In this document: positions 30,761 to 39,743 of the stretch, piece by piece | Numbering within the stretch: the stretch's first letter is position 1 | How the letters are laid out: each line of letters starts with the position of its first letter | Assembly: GCA_046760505.1 (NCBI GenBank) | Contig: JBHIEG010000004.1 | Location: 23,111 to 87,110 of the forward strand | Reading direction: 5' to 3' | Length of the DNA: 64,000 nt | Source: Candidatus Hydrothermarchaeota archaeon | GTDB lineage: Archaea > CAYFZR01 | The notes under the pieces: generated by a model | The model's database searches: none | Told to the model about the DNA's origin: nothing | What the model saw: only the letters and a program-made list of their open reading frames with translations | Program-made: the position numbers and the translations under genes

Positions 30761-32131
30761 ATGGATGATACTCTGAATAAGAGATCTGTTTTACTTGTTG
30801 CTACATTGGCTTCTTTCCTTACTCCATTTATGGGCTCATCCATTAATATTGCACTTCCTTCAATTGGAACAGAATTTGCAATGGATGCGGTTCTGTTGAG
30901 TTGGGTTGCCACTTCGTATCTTTTAGCCGCCGCAATGTTTCTTGTTCCATTTGGAAGGATAGCAGACATACATGGAAGAAAGAGAATCTTTACATACGGC
31001 ATAATAATCTATACGGTTTCCTCATTCCTCTCCGCAATCTCAACTTCTTCTCTTATGCTTATTTCATTTAGGGTTTTACATGGGATAGGTAGTGCAATGA
31101 TATTTGGTACTGGGGTTGCACTTCTCACTTCCGTATTTCCTGTTGGAGAGAGGGGTAAGGTCTTGGGAATAAATGTTGCAGCAGTTTATTTAGGACTTTC
31201 ATCTGGCCCATTTTTGGGCGGATTTCTTACACAACATTTTGGCTGGAGAAGCATATTTCTTGCAAACATCCCTCTAGGCTTGATAATAATTTTTTTAATT
31301 TTCTGGAAATTGAAGGGAGAGTGGGCAGGGGCAAAAGGTGAAAAGTTCGATTTCACCGGCTCCATAATCTACAGTCTCACGCTCATCGCGATAATTTATG
31401 GTTTCTCCCTGCTTCCAGCGATGTCAGGTGCTTGGTTAATTTTGATTGGTCTTTTGGGGATTTCAACATTTGTTAGGTGGGAAATGAATGTGGAAAGTCC
31501 TGTTTTGGATATAAATCTCTTCAGAAATAACACAGTATTTGCTTTCTCTAATCTTGCGGCGTTGATTAACTATAGTGCAACCTTTGCGGTAAGTTTCCTC
31601 TTAAGTCTTTACTTGCAGTACGTAAAAGGGCTTAACCCTCAGGAAGCAGGTTTCATCCTTGTCTCTCAGCCAGCTGTGATGGCTGTTTTTTCACCACTAG
31701 CAGGAAGGCTTTCCGATAGAATAGAGCCAAGAATAGTTGCCTCATCAGGAATGGCCTTGACAACCATAGGACTTTTCCTATTTACCTTTTTATCTGAAAA
31801 AACAGCCTTAGAGTTCGTTGTGGGCAGTTTAATTCTGCTAGGTTTTGGTCTCGCCCTTTTTTCGTCTCCAAATACAAACGCGGTTATGAGTTCTGTTGAA
31901 AAAAGATTTTATGGAGTGGCTTCAGGGACACTTGCAACTATGCGGCTCGTTGGACAGATGCTCAGCATGGGCATTGCCATGCTGATATTTGCCATATTTC
32001 TTGGTAGGGTTCAGATTACACCTGCTAACTTCCATCTCTTTTTAATAAGTGCGAAGGTAGCGTTCATCGTTTTCTCCATACTTTGTTTTGGTGGCATATT
32101 CGCATCGCTTGGAAGGGGAAAAGTTAGATAA
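30761..32131 (+). CDS. MFS transporter (DHA2/EmrB-like)
   Basis: GRIADIHGRKR motif A; INIALPSI; WRSIFLANIP; about 14 TM helices. Confidence 0.92.
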   Translation: MDDTLNKRSVLLVATLASFLTPFMGSSINIALPSIGTEFAMDAVLLSWVATSYLLAAAMFLVPFGRIADIHGRKRIFTYGIIIYTVSSFLSAISTSSLMLISFRVLHGIGSAMIFGTGVALLTSVFPVGERGKVLGINVAAVYLGLSSGPFLGGFLTQHFGWRSIFLANIPLGLIIIFLIFWKLKGEWAGAKGEKFDFTGSIIYSLTLIAIIYGFSLLPAMSGAWLILIGLLGISTFVRWEMNVESPVLDINLFRNNTVFAFSNLAALINYSATFAVSFLLSLYLQYVKGLNPQEAGFILVSQPAVMAVFSPLAGRLSDRIEPRIVASSGMALTTIGLFLFTFLSEKTALEFVVGSLILLGFGLALFSSPNTNAVMSSVEKRFYGVASGTLATMRLVGQMLSMGIAMLIFAIFLGRVQITPANFHLFLISAKVAFIVFSILCFGGIFASLGRGKVR

Positions 32132-32178
32132 TTTTTTAAGTTTTTTCTGGTATTTTAAGCACCAGATTTTTAAGTTTT

Positions 32179-33255
32179 ATGAAAAAGTCTAATGATATGA
32201 CTCTTAAATTCAAACCCATATGGTTTGATTCTTTTGGTGCAAAAAGTTCTTGCACGCTGGTTAAAACTCCAGATGTTTCTGTTCTAATAGACCCTGGGAT
32301 AGCGGTCATGCATCCGAGTTTTCCCGCTGGTAAAGAAGAAAAAATTTACTGGAAATCTCAGGGTCAAAAAGCGATAAAAAAAGCGAGTGAAAAAGCAGAT
32401 GTGATAATCATATCTCATTATCATTACGATCACTATCTTCCAAATGATATGAATTTGTACGAAAATAAACTTTTGCTCGCAAAAAATCCAAATGAATACA
32501 TAAACGATTCACAGCGAAGGAGAGCAGAGGATTTTTATTCAAAAATTTGCGAGCAATTTGGAAAGATTAAACTGGAAAGTGTATTAAAACAACCAAAGAG
32601 CAAAGAGTATGTAGATCCCTTGGACGATTTGCCCATAGCCAGACATAAAGACTTTGGAAATTATAACGAAAGGAGAAACCAATTGTTTGATCAAGGTAGA
32701 AAAGGATTTAAACGCAGAGTTAGCAAGTGGAACAAAAATCCAGAGATACCTGAGTTGAGATTCAACGGGTTAGAGGTAAAATTCGCAGAAGGCAGGGAGT
32801 TCCGCTTCGGTGAGACAAAACTAAGATTCACAAACCCTTTGTTTCATGGAATTGAATTTTCAAGGGTAGGATGGATATTTGCTACGGTAATAGAGCATGA
32901 AGGTAAAAAATTGATGCACACAAGCGATATGAACGGTCCAATAATAGAAGACTATGCAGAATTAATTGTAGGGGAAAAGCCAAACATACTGATTTTAGAC
33001 GGTCCGATGACTTATATGCTCGGTTACTTGCTGAACAGAACTAATTTGAAAAGAGCAATAACCAATGTTTTGAGGATAATAAAGGATACTAAAACAGATC
33101 TCATTATCTATGACCATCATTTGCCGAGAGAAGCCAAATTTAAGGAAAATACCAAAGATGTCTGGGAGGTTGCAAAAAAATTAAATAAAAAGGTGCTTAC
33201 TGCTGCGGAGTTTTTGGGTGAAACCCCAAAGGTTTTGGAAAGGAAGACTTCGTGA
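32179..33255 (+). CDS. MBL-fold metallo-hydrolase (UPF0282-like)
   Basis: DSFGAKS, IDPG, SHYHYDH, HG, LDGP, DHHL. Confidence 0.85.
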   Translation: MKKSNDMTLKFKPIWFDSFGAKSSCTLVKTPDVSVLIDPGIAVMHPSFPAGKEEKIYWKSQGQKAIKKASEKADVIIISHYHYDHYLPNDMNLYENKLLLAKNPNEYINDSQRRRAEDFYSKICEQFGKIKLESVLKQPKSKEYVDPLDDLPIARHKDFGNYNERRNQLFDQGRKGFKRRVSKWNKNPEIPELRFNGLEVKFAEGREFRFGETKLRFTNPLFHGIEFSRVGWIFATVIEHEGKKLMHTSDMNGPIIEDYAELIVGEKPNILILDGPMTYMLGYLLNRTNLKRAITNVLRIIKDTKTDLIIYDHHLPREAKFKENTKDVWEVAKKLNKKVLTAAEFLGETPKVLERKTS

Positions 33256-33358
33256 ACTTTACTTCGACCTTCTTTTTTATTCTTTGAACTTCTTCCAGTA
33301 GGACAAATCCTCTCTCAGGACTTTATATGAATTGGTTTAAATCTAATTTCTGGAGAGA

Positions 33359-33420
33359 GTCAAGTACTCTTGACATATAGTAAAGTTTAAATAACATTAT
33401 GTAATATATTCTTTACATAA
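33359..33420. promoter_or_regulatory. two operator palindromes flanking a TATA box (XRE regulator site)
   Basis: GTCAAG-TACT-CTTGAC 33359-33374; TTTAAATA; TTATGTAA-N8-TTACATAA 33397-33420. Confidence 0.65.
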
Positions 33421-33431
33421 GAGGTGATGAT

Positions 33432-33818
33432 ATGGATCGGAAGAAATTCAGACTGTGCGCAATAATAATATCAGGAACTATGGGAGGCTTAATCGGTTGG
33501 TCTGTGGCAATTGGAAATCCCGTACTGCCAATAGTTGCGGTTTTTGGGGGGATGGCGCTACTTTACTTGTGTAAAAGCAGAGTTGAAGAAGTAATAGAGG
33601 ATGAGAGACTCTGGAGAATAGGTGAAAAGGCATCCCAAAGAACGCTACAGATCTTCGGATTGATGATTGCGCTAACTGGTGCCGTTTTAATAGCACTGAG
33701 TAAAGGCGGGAGCGCTGAGTTTACACAGGCTGGCTTTGCATTAGCCTACTCTGCCTGCGCCTTAATGGTGTTGTATTACATTTTCTACGGATACTACAGC
33801 AAGAAATATGGATACTAG
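33432..33818 (+). CDS. DUF2178-like membrane protein
   Basis: TM helices with EDER..IGEKAS motif; paired with a small HTH gene. Confidence 0.8.
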   Translation: MDRKKFRLCAIIISGTMGGLIGWSVAIGNPVLPIVAVFGGMALLYLCKSRVEEVIEDERLWRIGEKASQRTLQIFGLMIALTGAVLIALSKGGSAEFTQAGFALAYSACALMVLYYIFYGYYSKKYGY

Positions 33819-33825
33819 TGGTAAG

Positions 33826-34029
33826 ATGAGAAACAAACTCAAGGTTTACAGAGCGATGCATGATTTAACACAGGAGGCGCTTGCAGAGGAGCTTGGAGTA
33901 ACTAGACAGACAATAATAGCCATAGAAAAAGGAAAGTACGACCCATCTTTAGAACTGGCATTCAAAATAGCAAGGCTCTTTAAAGTTAAAATTGAAGACA
34001 TCTTTATCTATGAAGAAAATGAGAAATAA
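33826..34029 (+). CDS. XRE-family HTH transcriptional regulator
   Basis: LTQEALAEELGVTRQTIIAIEKGKYDPSLELAFKIA. Confidence 0.92.
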   Translation: MRNKLKVYRAMHDLTQEALAEELGVTRQTIIAIEKGKYDPSLELAFKIARLFKVKIEDIFIYEENEK

Positions 34030-34197
34030 GTTGGCAACTCTGGTATGCTTCGCTTATATGGTTCCACCGAGTCGAACAATGGCAAGTATATGATCGCTTC
34101 TGCCGTTCAAATTGCTCTCGTCAACTCTCCTATCCGCGAAACGCTAGCAGAAATTTGGTGCTCTAAATTAGTTAACGATACAAAATTCTAAAATTTT

Positions 34198-34716
34198 TTA
34201 AATATATGATTCAATCACGCTAGGATATTCTTTATGGAGCAATTTCTCTAGTTCTTCCGTTAACATTAAATCCAATTTCTTCTGCTTCTTTGAAATAAGC
34301 CTAAGATTAGAGTATATTACAGGTCCTTGCGCCACCATGGGACCCTTTAACTTATCTTGTGGAACCGGTTTTATGTCCGCAATCATTTCAACCGTTTGCT
34401 GAGAAAGAAAACCTTTTTTCTCTATTTCTTTTGATAATTCAATCATCAATCTCTTAGAAATAGGTCTAAATCCATAAGATGGGAATTTTTCTGTGATTTT
34501 CTTTATATAATCTCTATCCGTTCTTGCACCAAATCCAACTGACTTGTAAGGATTTATTGTTTCCGTTTTAATGTGCCAAGATTCTTCTAAACTGGAAATG
34601 AATATATTACTATAACCTCTCTCATCTTTTCCTACCAAAACTCCCCATCCCTCGGGTTTTTTGTTGTACTTTCTTACTATTTCATCCATTATTTCTTCAA
34701 AGTGTTTTATTTCCAT
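34198..34716 (-). CDS. conserved archaeal hypothetical protein
   Basis: 172-aa ORF with PEGW, YGFRP and SKKQKKLD motifs. Confidence 0.7.
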   Translation of the reverse strand: MEIKHFEEIMDEIVRKYNKKPEGWGVLVGKDERGYSNIFISSLEESWHIKTETINPYKSVGFGARTDRDYIKKITEKFPSYGFRPISKRLMIELSKEIEKKGFLSQQTVEMIADIKPVPQDKLKGPMVAQGPVIYSNLRLISKKQKKLDLMLTEELEKLLHKEYPSVIESYI

Positions 34717-34755
34717 ACGTCATCATCTTAGGATCATTTATTTTAACATAAATCT

Positions 34756-35343
34756 TCATTCGGGAAGGTATATTACAACTTTCCCCTTCTCATTAGTACT
34801 CTCATTTATCTTCTTGATCAGGTAATTTCTCCATTCTTGGGTTCCAACGGCTCTGACATCTATATCTTTCAATTCTGAAATTGAATTTGCGGTTAATATT
34901 TTCTTTCTTAACCTAGCTTTTTCGGGATTATATGCCAGAGGGCCCGTGAAAATTTTCTCAACCTCTGATAGTTTTTCATACCTAAGTCTTTCAAGCGTGG
35001 CTATGCTCTTTACCTCTATTGCATTAACTTCTTCTATTGATCTTGCTTTCATTGTTCTTTCAATTAAGTCATTCATTTTTGGACTCCTAATGCCAGAAAA
35101 CTCCTTTTTAATCTCCAAAATTTTGTTCTTTTTTGTAATTTCTAGTTTTTCCTTTTTAGGCTTCAGATAAAATAAATAAGTGATTCCACCACCTATTGAG
35201 GAGAATATTAAAATAAAAACCAACGCTCCCACAATCAATCTTAGTTTATCTCTTTCTGGAGGTCTTTCTACTACTAATTCAGCTTCAGGTATTCTTTCTC
35301 TAAGATCCCTGATTTTTTCTCTAATATCCTCAGTCCTTGCCAT
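34756..35343 (-). CDS. DUF515-like N-terminal domain membrane protein
   Basis: One TM helix, then two repeats (KKNKILEIKKEFSG / RYEKLSEVEKIFTGP..A.SI.E...I.V). Confidence 0.55.
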   Translation of the reverse strand: MARTEDIREKIRDLRERIPEAELVVERPPERDKLRLIVGALVFILIFSSIGGGITYLFYLKPKKEKLEITKKNKILEIKKEFSGIRSPKMNDLIERTMKARSIEEVNAIEVKSIATLERLRYEKLSEVEKIFTGPLAYNPEKARLRKKILTANSISELKDIDVRAVGTQEWRNYLIKKINESTNEKGKVVIYLPE

Positions 35344-35483
35344 CTTTAAAATGAATCATTTTTCTTTGTTTGGATTATTTTCAAATATATGTTTCTTTCT
35401 TTAAGAACCTATCGTGTTTGCGATAACTTTGGAATTTAACGATAAAATACAATTTATATAAATAATTTAACACAATAATAGGT

Positions 35484-36203
35484 ATGGAGTATTCCATAGT
35501 AAATACTACAAAATCCATGGTGTTAGCACATACGGCTAAAATAGCAAATAATTTTTTTTCTAGATTTAAAGGACTCATGCTGAAAACTGAGTTAAAAGAC
35601 GGCTCTGGGTTGATTATTGATTTAAAAAAAGAGAGAAAATGGGCGAGCATTCACACCTTTTTCATGAGATTCCCAATTGATCTGATATATGTTGATTCGA
35701 ATAACATCGTAAAAGAGGTTGTGGAAGACCTAAGACCCTGGAGATTATACTTTCCTAAAAATAATGCTAGATACGTGATTGAATTGCCAGCGGGAATTCT
35801 TGCCGCAACCAAAACAGAAGTTGGAGATGAAATTTCATTAGAAGAGGCAGACTTCAGCTCAGCATTAACCCTAAAAGTCCAGTCTAGAAAAAACGTTACG
35901 AAAGCACTTACTTATGTGGTAAGAAATTCAATTCTCTCAATGAAATTGAAATCCGAGGTTTACTATAATCCGAACACAGGGGGACTCCATGTTGGGGGGC
36001 CTGATAAATACTTCGTTATTGACGCTCTGGAAGAAATTTTCGGGGACGACATAGAAATTAGCGAGGGAAAAATGAAGTTCATGAAGGACGACCATACACT
36101 GGTAGTTAGAGTAAAAAGAACGCTTCCTCTAATAAAAAAATTAAAAGAGATGAAAGGATACGAAGAAAGTATAATCCTCAAAGAAATCCACGAGTTGTTC
36201 TAG
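35484..36203 (+). CDS. DUF192 domain protein with C-terminal extension
   Basis: FSRFKGLM, IHTFFMRFPID, LRPWR, YVIELPAG. Confidence 0.82.
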   Translation: MEYSIVNTTKSMVLAHTAKIANNFFSRFKGLMLKTELKDGSGLIIDLKKERKWASIHTFFMRFPIDLIYVDSNNIVKEVVEDLRPWRLYFPKNNARYVIELPAGILAATKTEVGDEISLEEADFSSALTLKVQSRKNVTKALTYVVRNSILSMKLKSEVYYNPNTGGLHVGGPDKYFVIDALEEIFGDDIEISEGKMKFMKDDHTLVVRVKRTLPLIKKLKEMKGYEESIILKEIHELF

Positions 36204-36483
36204 AAGAGGACCCTACTTATTTAATGCTGATTTTATTCTATCTCCCATCCTAACTTATTATCTCCTCCTCTCTCTTTCCTGCATCCCTATAAAGGAGGTC
36301 GGATAAAAATAAAGGGTGGAACACGACTAATTTAAACCATTAATAAAATAATCTCGGATATTATCGCGCATAGAACAAGTATCGCTGTATTTTTCTATCA
36401 AAAAATTTGTAAAGTCTGACAAACGTCTTAAACACATTTATATACTTGTTATTCTAAGAATTAAATGTTCGGAGGGGGGCAAT

Positions 36484-37728
36484 GTGCTCAACGAACTCGT
36501 AATAGATGATTTGGGATTAACCAAAGAGGAGTTGTATCATTTATTCAAGGGAAAGTACAGTGCGGAATGGTTGCACAGTCTCTTGGATACAAAAGATTCC
36601 CAGCCAATTAAGGAGAATGCAGAAGGAATATGGAGTAATGCCGTAAAAGCAGTTATTGACTTGGAATCCTGTAAGTATTATGAAGTGACAAGTATAAACT
36701 TGGGGAAAACAACAAAAATAGCAGGACATTTTGAGGTGGATTTTAAGTCCGAAAAGGCCCATCATGTAATCCAACTAAACGGGCAGAAATCAGAGGCTTA
36801 TATAATCGGGAATACCGAATACCTCTACAAGAATAAATGGAAGAAGACTCACGCAAGACTCGATTATTGGAGTGATGAAGCTAAACTGGAGGAACTATTG
36901 GGTTCAAAAGAAAATGCTAAAATAAGTTTTATCGGCAGTGATAATATAAATGGGGAAGAATGTTGGGTTTTGAAAGTTATACCTAACGAAAAACAAGAAG
37001 ATGTCGAAAAAATCGTAAGAGTTTGGGTATCAAAAGAGAGTTACCTGCCATTGAAAAACGTGGTAGAGGCGAAGATAAAAGTTAAGAAGGGAATTCTCAC
37101 TTCAACCAAAATAACATCCATATACGATTTCAACGTTCCGATAGATATAAAATTGCCTGATCACCTCCGCCCTCACTTTGCGAGTGTTGAGATCAACCAT
37201 AACTTGAATAAAAAGAGATTTTCCGTGACTGGGGAAGTTGAGAATGTGGGCACAATGAACATTGGTTTCATGAGGGTCATTGCTTTCTTCCGTGATGAAG
37301 AAGGAAATCTGATAGATAAAGAATCTTTTGAAACCAACGACATAATAACGCCTGGAATGAAATATCCCTTCGAAATTAGTGTTGGATCAACTCCATTTGA
37401 AATCGCGAGTTGCGATCTAGATGTTGATTTCATGACGACAAGAGAGAAACCTTATAAGGAGTTAGAGATTTTGAGGAAAGAACTTAAAGTAACTCACCAT
37501 CACTATCAGGTCGAGGCGGTTGTGAAAAATAAAGGAGAATTGGATTTAGATAAGGTAAAAGGTATAGGTACTTTCTATGATGCAAAGGGAAATGTAATAG
37601 CCATGGTTAACTCAACAGTAAATAACTTAGCCTCAGGTAAAATCGCCTTACTTTATCTGCAGGTACCTAAAGATAACTTGACTGAGGAGGTAAGTGATTA
37701 CTCTGTACAGGTGTTTGTTCCGAGGTAG
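36484..37728 (+). CDS. LolA/LppX-like domain plus two FxLYD-like domains
   Basis: INGEECWVL..VWVSKESYLP; VTGEVENVG..AFFRDEEG; VKNKG..GTFYDAKG. Confidence 0.65.
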   Translation: MLNELVIDDLGLTKEELYHLFKGKYSAEWLHSLLDTKDSQPIKENAEGIWSNAVKAVIDLESCKYYEVTSINLGKTTKIAGHFEVDFKSEKAHHVIQLNGQKSEAYIIGNTEYLYKNKWKKTHARLDYWSDEAKLEELLGSKENAKISFIGSDNINGEECWVLKVIPNEKQEDVEKIVRVWVSKESYLPLKNVVEAKIKVKKGILTSTKITSIYDFNVPIDIKLPDHLRPHFASVEINHNLNKKRFSVTGEVENVGTMNIGFMRVIAFFRDEEGNLIDKESFETNDIITPGMKYPFEISVGSTPFEIASCDLDVDFMTTREKPYKELEILRKELKVTHHHYQVEAVVKNKGELDLDKVKGIGTFYDAKGNVIAMVNSTVNNLASGKIALLYLQVPKDNLTEEVSDYSVQVFVPR

Positions 37729-37737
37729 AATGAACTA

Positions 37738-38118
37738 CTAGAGTCTATCCAACTCATCACCTATTTTTTCTTTTATTATATTCAAAAGCGCTGTAAAACC
37801 ATCTATTGCTCTCTTTTCTTCCTCTTTTTTTGCCTCAATTAATTTGAGGTTTGACTCTAGAACATCAACGCACGTTTCGATATTTACTCTACCTTTTAGC
37901 CAAGCGTATAGTATTAACGATTCCACAATATCCCCTATTTTACCCCTATCTAGACGTGAAGGAAAAAATTCACGAATTCCGGAGGCAATACAGGCATTTT
38001 TTAAAATTTTGTCTGAAACTTTTTTCCCTCCTGGTTTTTTGAGGGCTTTTGAATAAGAAAGCGAATATATGAAGTTGACAAAACTGTCCCCAAGCCTTGC
38101 CCACCCACTATCTTCCAG
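37738..38118 (-). CDS. archaeal ribonuclease III-related protein; no canonical start codon
   Basis: Frame extends upstream of the 62-aa ORF: DSGWARLGDSFVNFIYSL..GDIVESLILYAW; 5' end tentatively set at CTG 38118. Confidence 0.7.
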   Translation of the reverse strand: MEDSGWARLGDSFVNFIYSLSYSKALKKPGGKKVSDKILKNACIASGIREFFPSRLDRGKIGDIVESLILYAWLKGRVNIETCVDVLESNLKLIEAKKEEEKRAIDGFTALLNIIKEKIGDELDRL

Positions 38119-38132
38119 AACTGCTCTTAAAT

Positions 38133-38414
38133 TTAATCCGGGAGAGATTTCAAGAATTCTTTCCTGAAGACTTGAAATTTCTTTATTAATCTTTCAGCAG
38201 CCTCCTTAAATGCCTGCTTTGGATCTTTATTACCATCTGTAATTACATATATTTTTGGATTACTCAGGAGAGGATGTTCTATTATGTAAGCAGAAGAAAC
38301 GACGTTTTCATCTTCAAACAATTCTGTTCTCAATGAGTTGCAAAAGGTATGGTCTTCTCCAATGATCTCAATCTCAAGCATATTCTCGCCGACCTCAACT
38401 AACTTGATCTCCAT
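38133..38414 (-). CDS. rpoL: DNA-directed RNA polymerase subunit L (Rpo11)
   Basis: GEDHTFCNSL, AYIIEHPL. Confidence 0.95.
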   Translation of the reverse strand: MEIKLVEVGENMLEIEIIGEDHTFCNSLRTELFEDENVVSSAYIIEHPLLSNPKIYVITDGNKDPKQAFKEAAERLIKKFQVFRKEFLKSLPD

Positions 38415-39023
38415 TTAGAAACCCCCTAGGGCATTCATAATTTTTTCAATTGCTATTTTTTTATCTGTTGCCAGTTCAAATCTACTTTCGTCAATAACTC
38501 TAAATACTCCAATTTTACAGCCTGTTTCAGCGATTTCACGTGGGTCAAATTCGGTAAAGAACGATATTTCAGTCAGTATCTCTGCCAACGGTTTTGATGA
38601 AGAAATTTTGGAACTTTCATCCATCAAGTAAGATAGTTCAATGCATACGTCTACAAGTTCTTCCTCAGGGATGTTACTTTTTAAAATGTTTCCATGAGAA
38701 TATGCAAGATGACCAAGGCGCCTTAAGACGTTGGTTACCAGTTTCGGGGAAACAGTCCTTTTACATTCCTTGAATATATCGTTCCAAACATAAGTATAGA
38801 ATCCATTTTTGTCAGCAAGTTTCTTTTTTCTCGCGTTCTCAACTATTTTTTTGATTAAATAGGATGCCTGCTTCAACTGGTCTCTTTCTCCATAAAGTCT
38901 TATCTTAATTTCTCCTGGTCTTGAGTCAATTTTCATGTTTAACTCTTCCAATCTGCTAAATGCAGTTAGCAGGCTTATCCTTTCTTCCTCGTTTACATGA
39001 ATACCAATTACTTTCTTCTTCAT
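38415..39023 (-). CDS. DUF2067-like protein
   Basis: Position between csl4 and rpoL; IKIRLYG motif. Confidence 0.65.
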   Translation of the reverse strand: MKKKVIGIHVNEEERISLLTAFSRLEELNMKIDSRPGEIKIRLYGERDQLKQASYLIKKIVENARKKKLADKNGFYTYVWNDIFKECKRTVSPKLVTNVLRRLGHLAYSHGNILKSNIPEEELVDVCIELSYLMDESSKISSSKPLAEILTEISFFTEFDPREIAETGCKIGVFRVIDESRFELATDKKIAIEKIMNALGGF

Positions 39024-39602
39024 TTATATCATACCCTTCCCATAAAGTGTAGATAACTTTCTGGTTTCCATGTTTTTACATCGAGGACATATCAATGATC
39101 TTCTATTCTTTTTCACCATGGAAGCTCTGCACTTGGAGCAGTACGCCTTTATTACCCCCAGATGGTCTTGGACCGTGGAGAGTTGAAGGGGTAATTTCCC
39201 TGCGTTTATTACACTGGCAGTAATGATGTCTCCTGGTCTGAATTCTTCCGTGAGAGAGTTCACGTATGCGTCCTTTACTTGAGAGATATGTATTCCAGCA
39301 AGCGTAGGTACAGGAAGTTCTCTATCCTCTCTGCCTTTGAGTCTAGAAACATCTACGAGAACGAGTTGATCCCTAATTTCTATGACTTTACCCATCACAA
39401 CGTCCTTGTCTTTCAGTGTGGGCGGTGTGCTTGTCTTTGGAAATATCGAAATTACCTTTTCCTTAAGATCTATCAAAACTATGCCTGTTAAGGATGCGAA
39501 AACTTTTCCCTTCTCCTCATAGGTACCTTCTCCTGGTATGAATTCTTCTGAAACACCGAGTATATCTCCGGGAACAACGAAATCGCCACTCTTAACCTTC
39601 AT
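39024..39602 (-). CDS. csl4: exosome complex RNA-binding protein Csl4
   Basis: VVPGD..EEFIPGEGTYE; S1 domain IHISQV; CSKC..CPRC..ETRK zinc ribbon. Confidence 0.95.
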   Translation of the reverse strand: MKVKSGDFVVPGDILGVSEEFIPGEGTYEEKGKVFASLTGIVLIDLKEKVISIFPKTSTPPTLKDKDVVMGKVIEIRDQLVLVDVSRLKGREDRELPVPTLAGIHISQVKDAYVNSLTEEFRPGDIITASVINAGKLPLQLSTVQDHLGVIKAYCSKCRASMVKKNRRSLICPRCKNMETRKLSTLYGKGMI

Positions 39603-39743
39603 ACCTACACCTCAACCAATTTGTCTTGGAAACAAACAGGAAAATCTCCATTAATTTTTCTATGGTATATATTTATAAACTTCTCGAAAGAGCATGAGCT
39701 TATAATTAAATTCATAACTTATGTTTGGTCCATAACTATTGTT

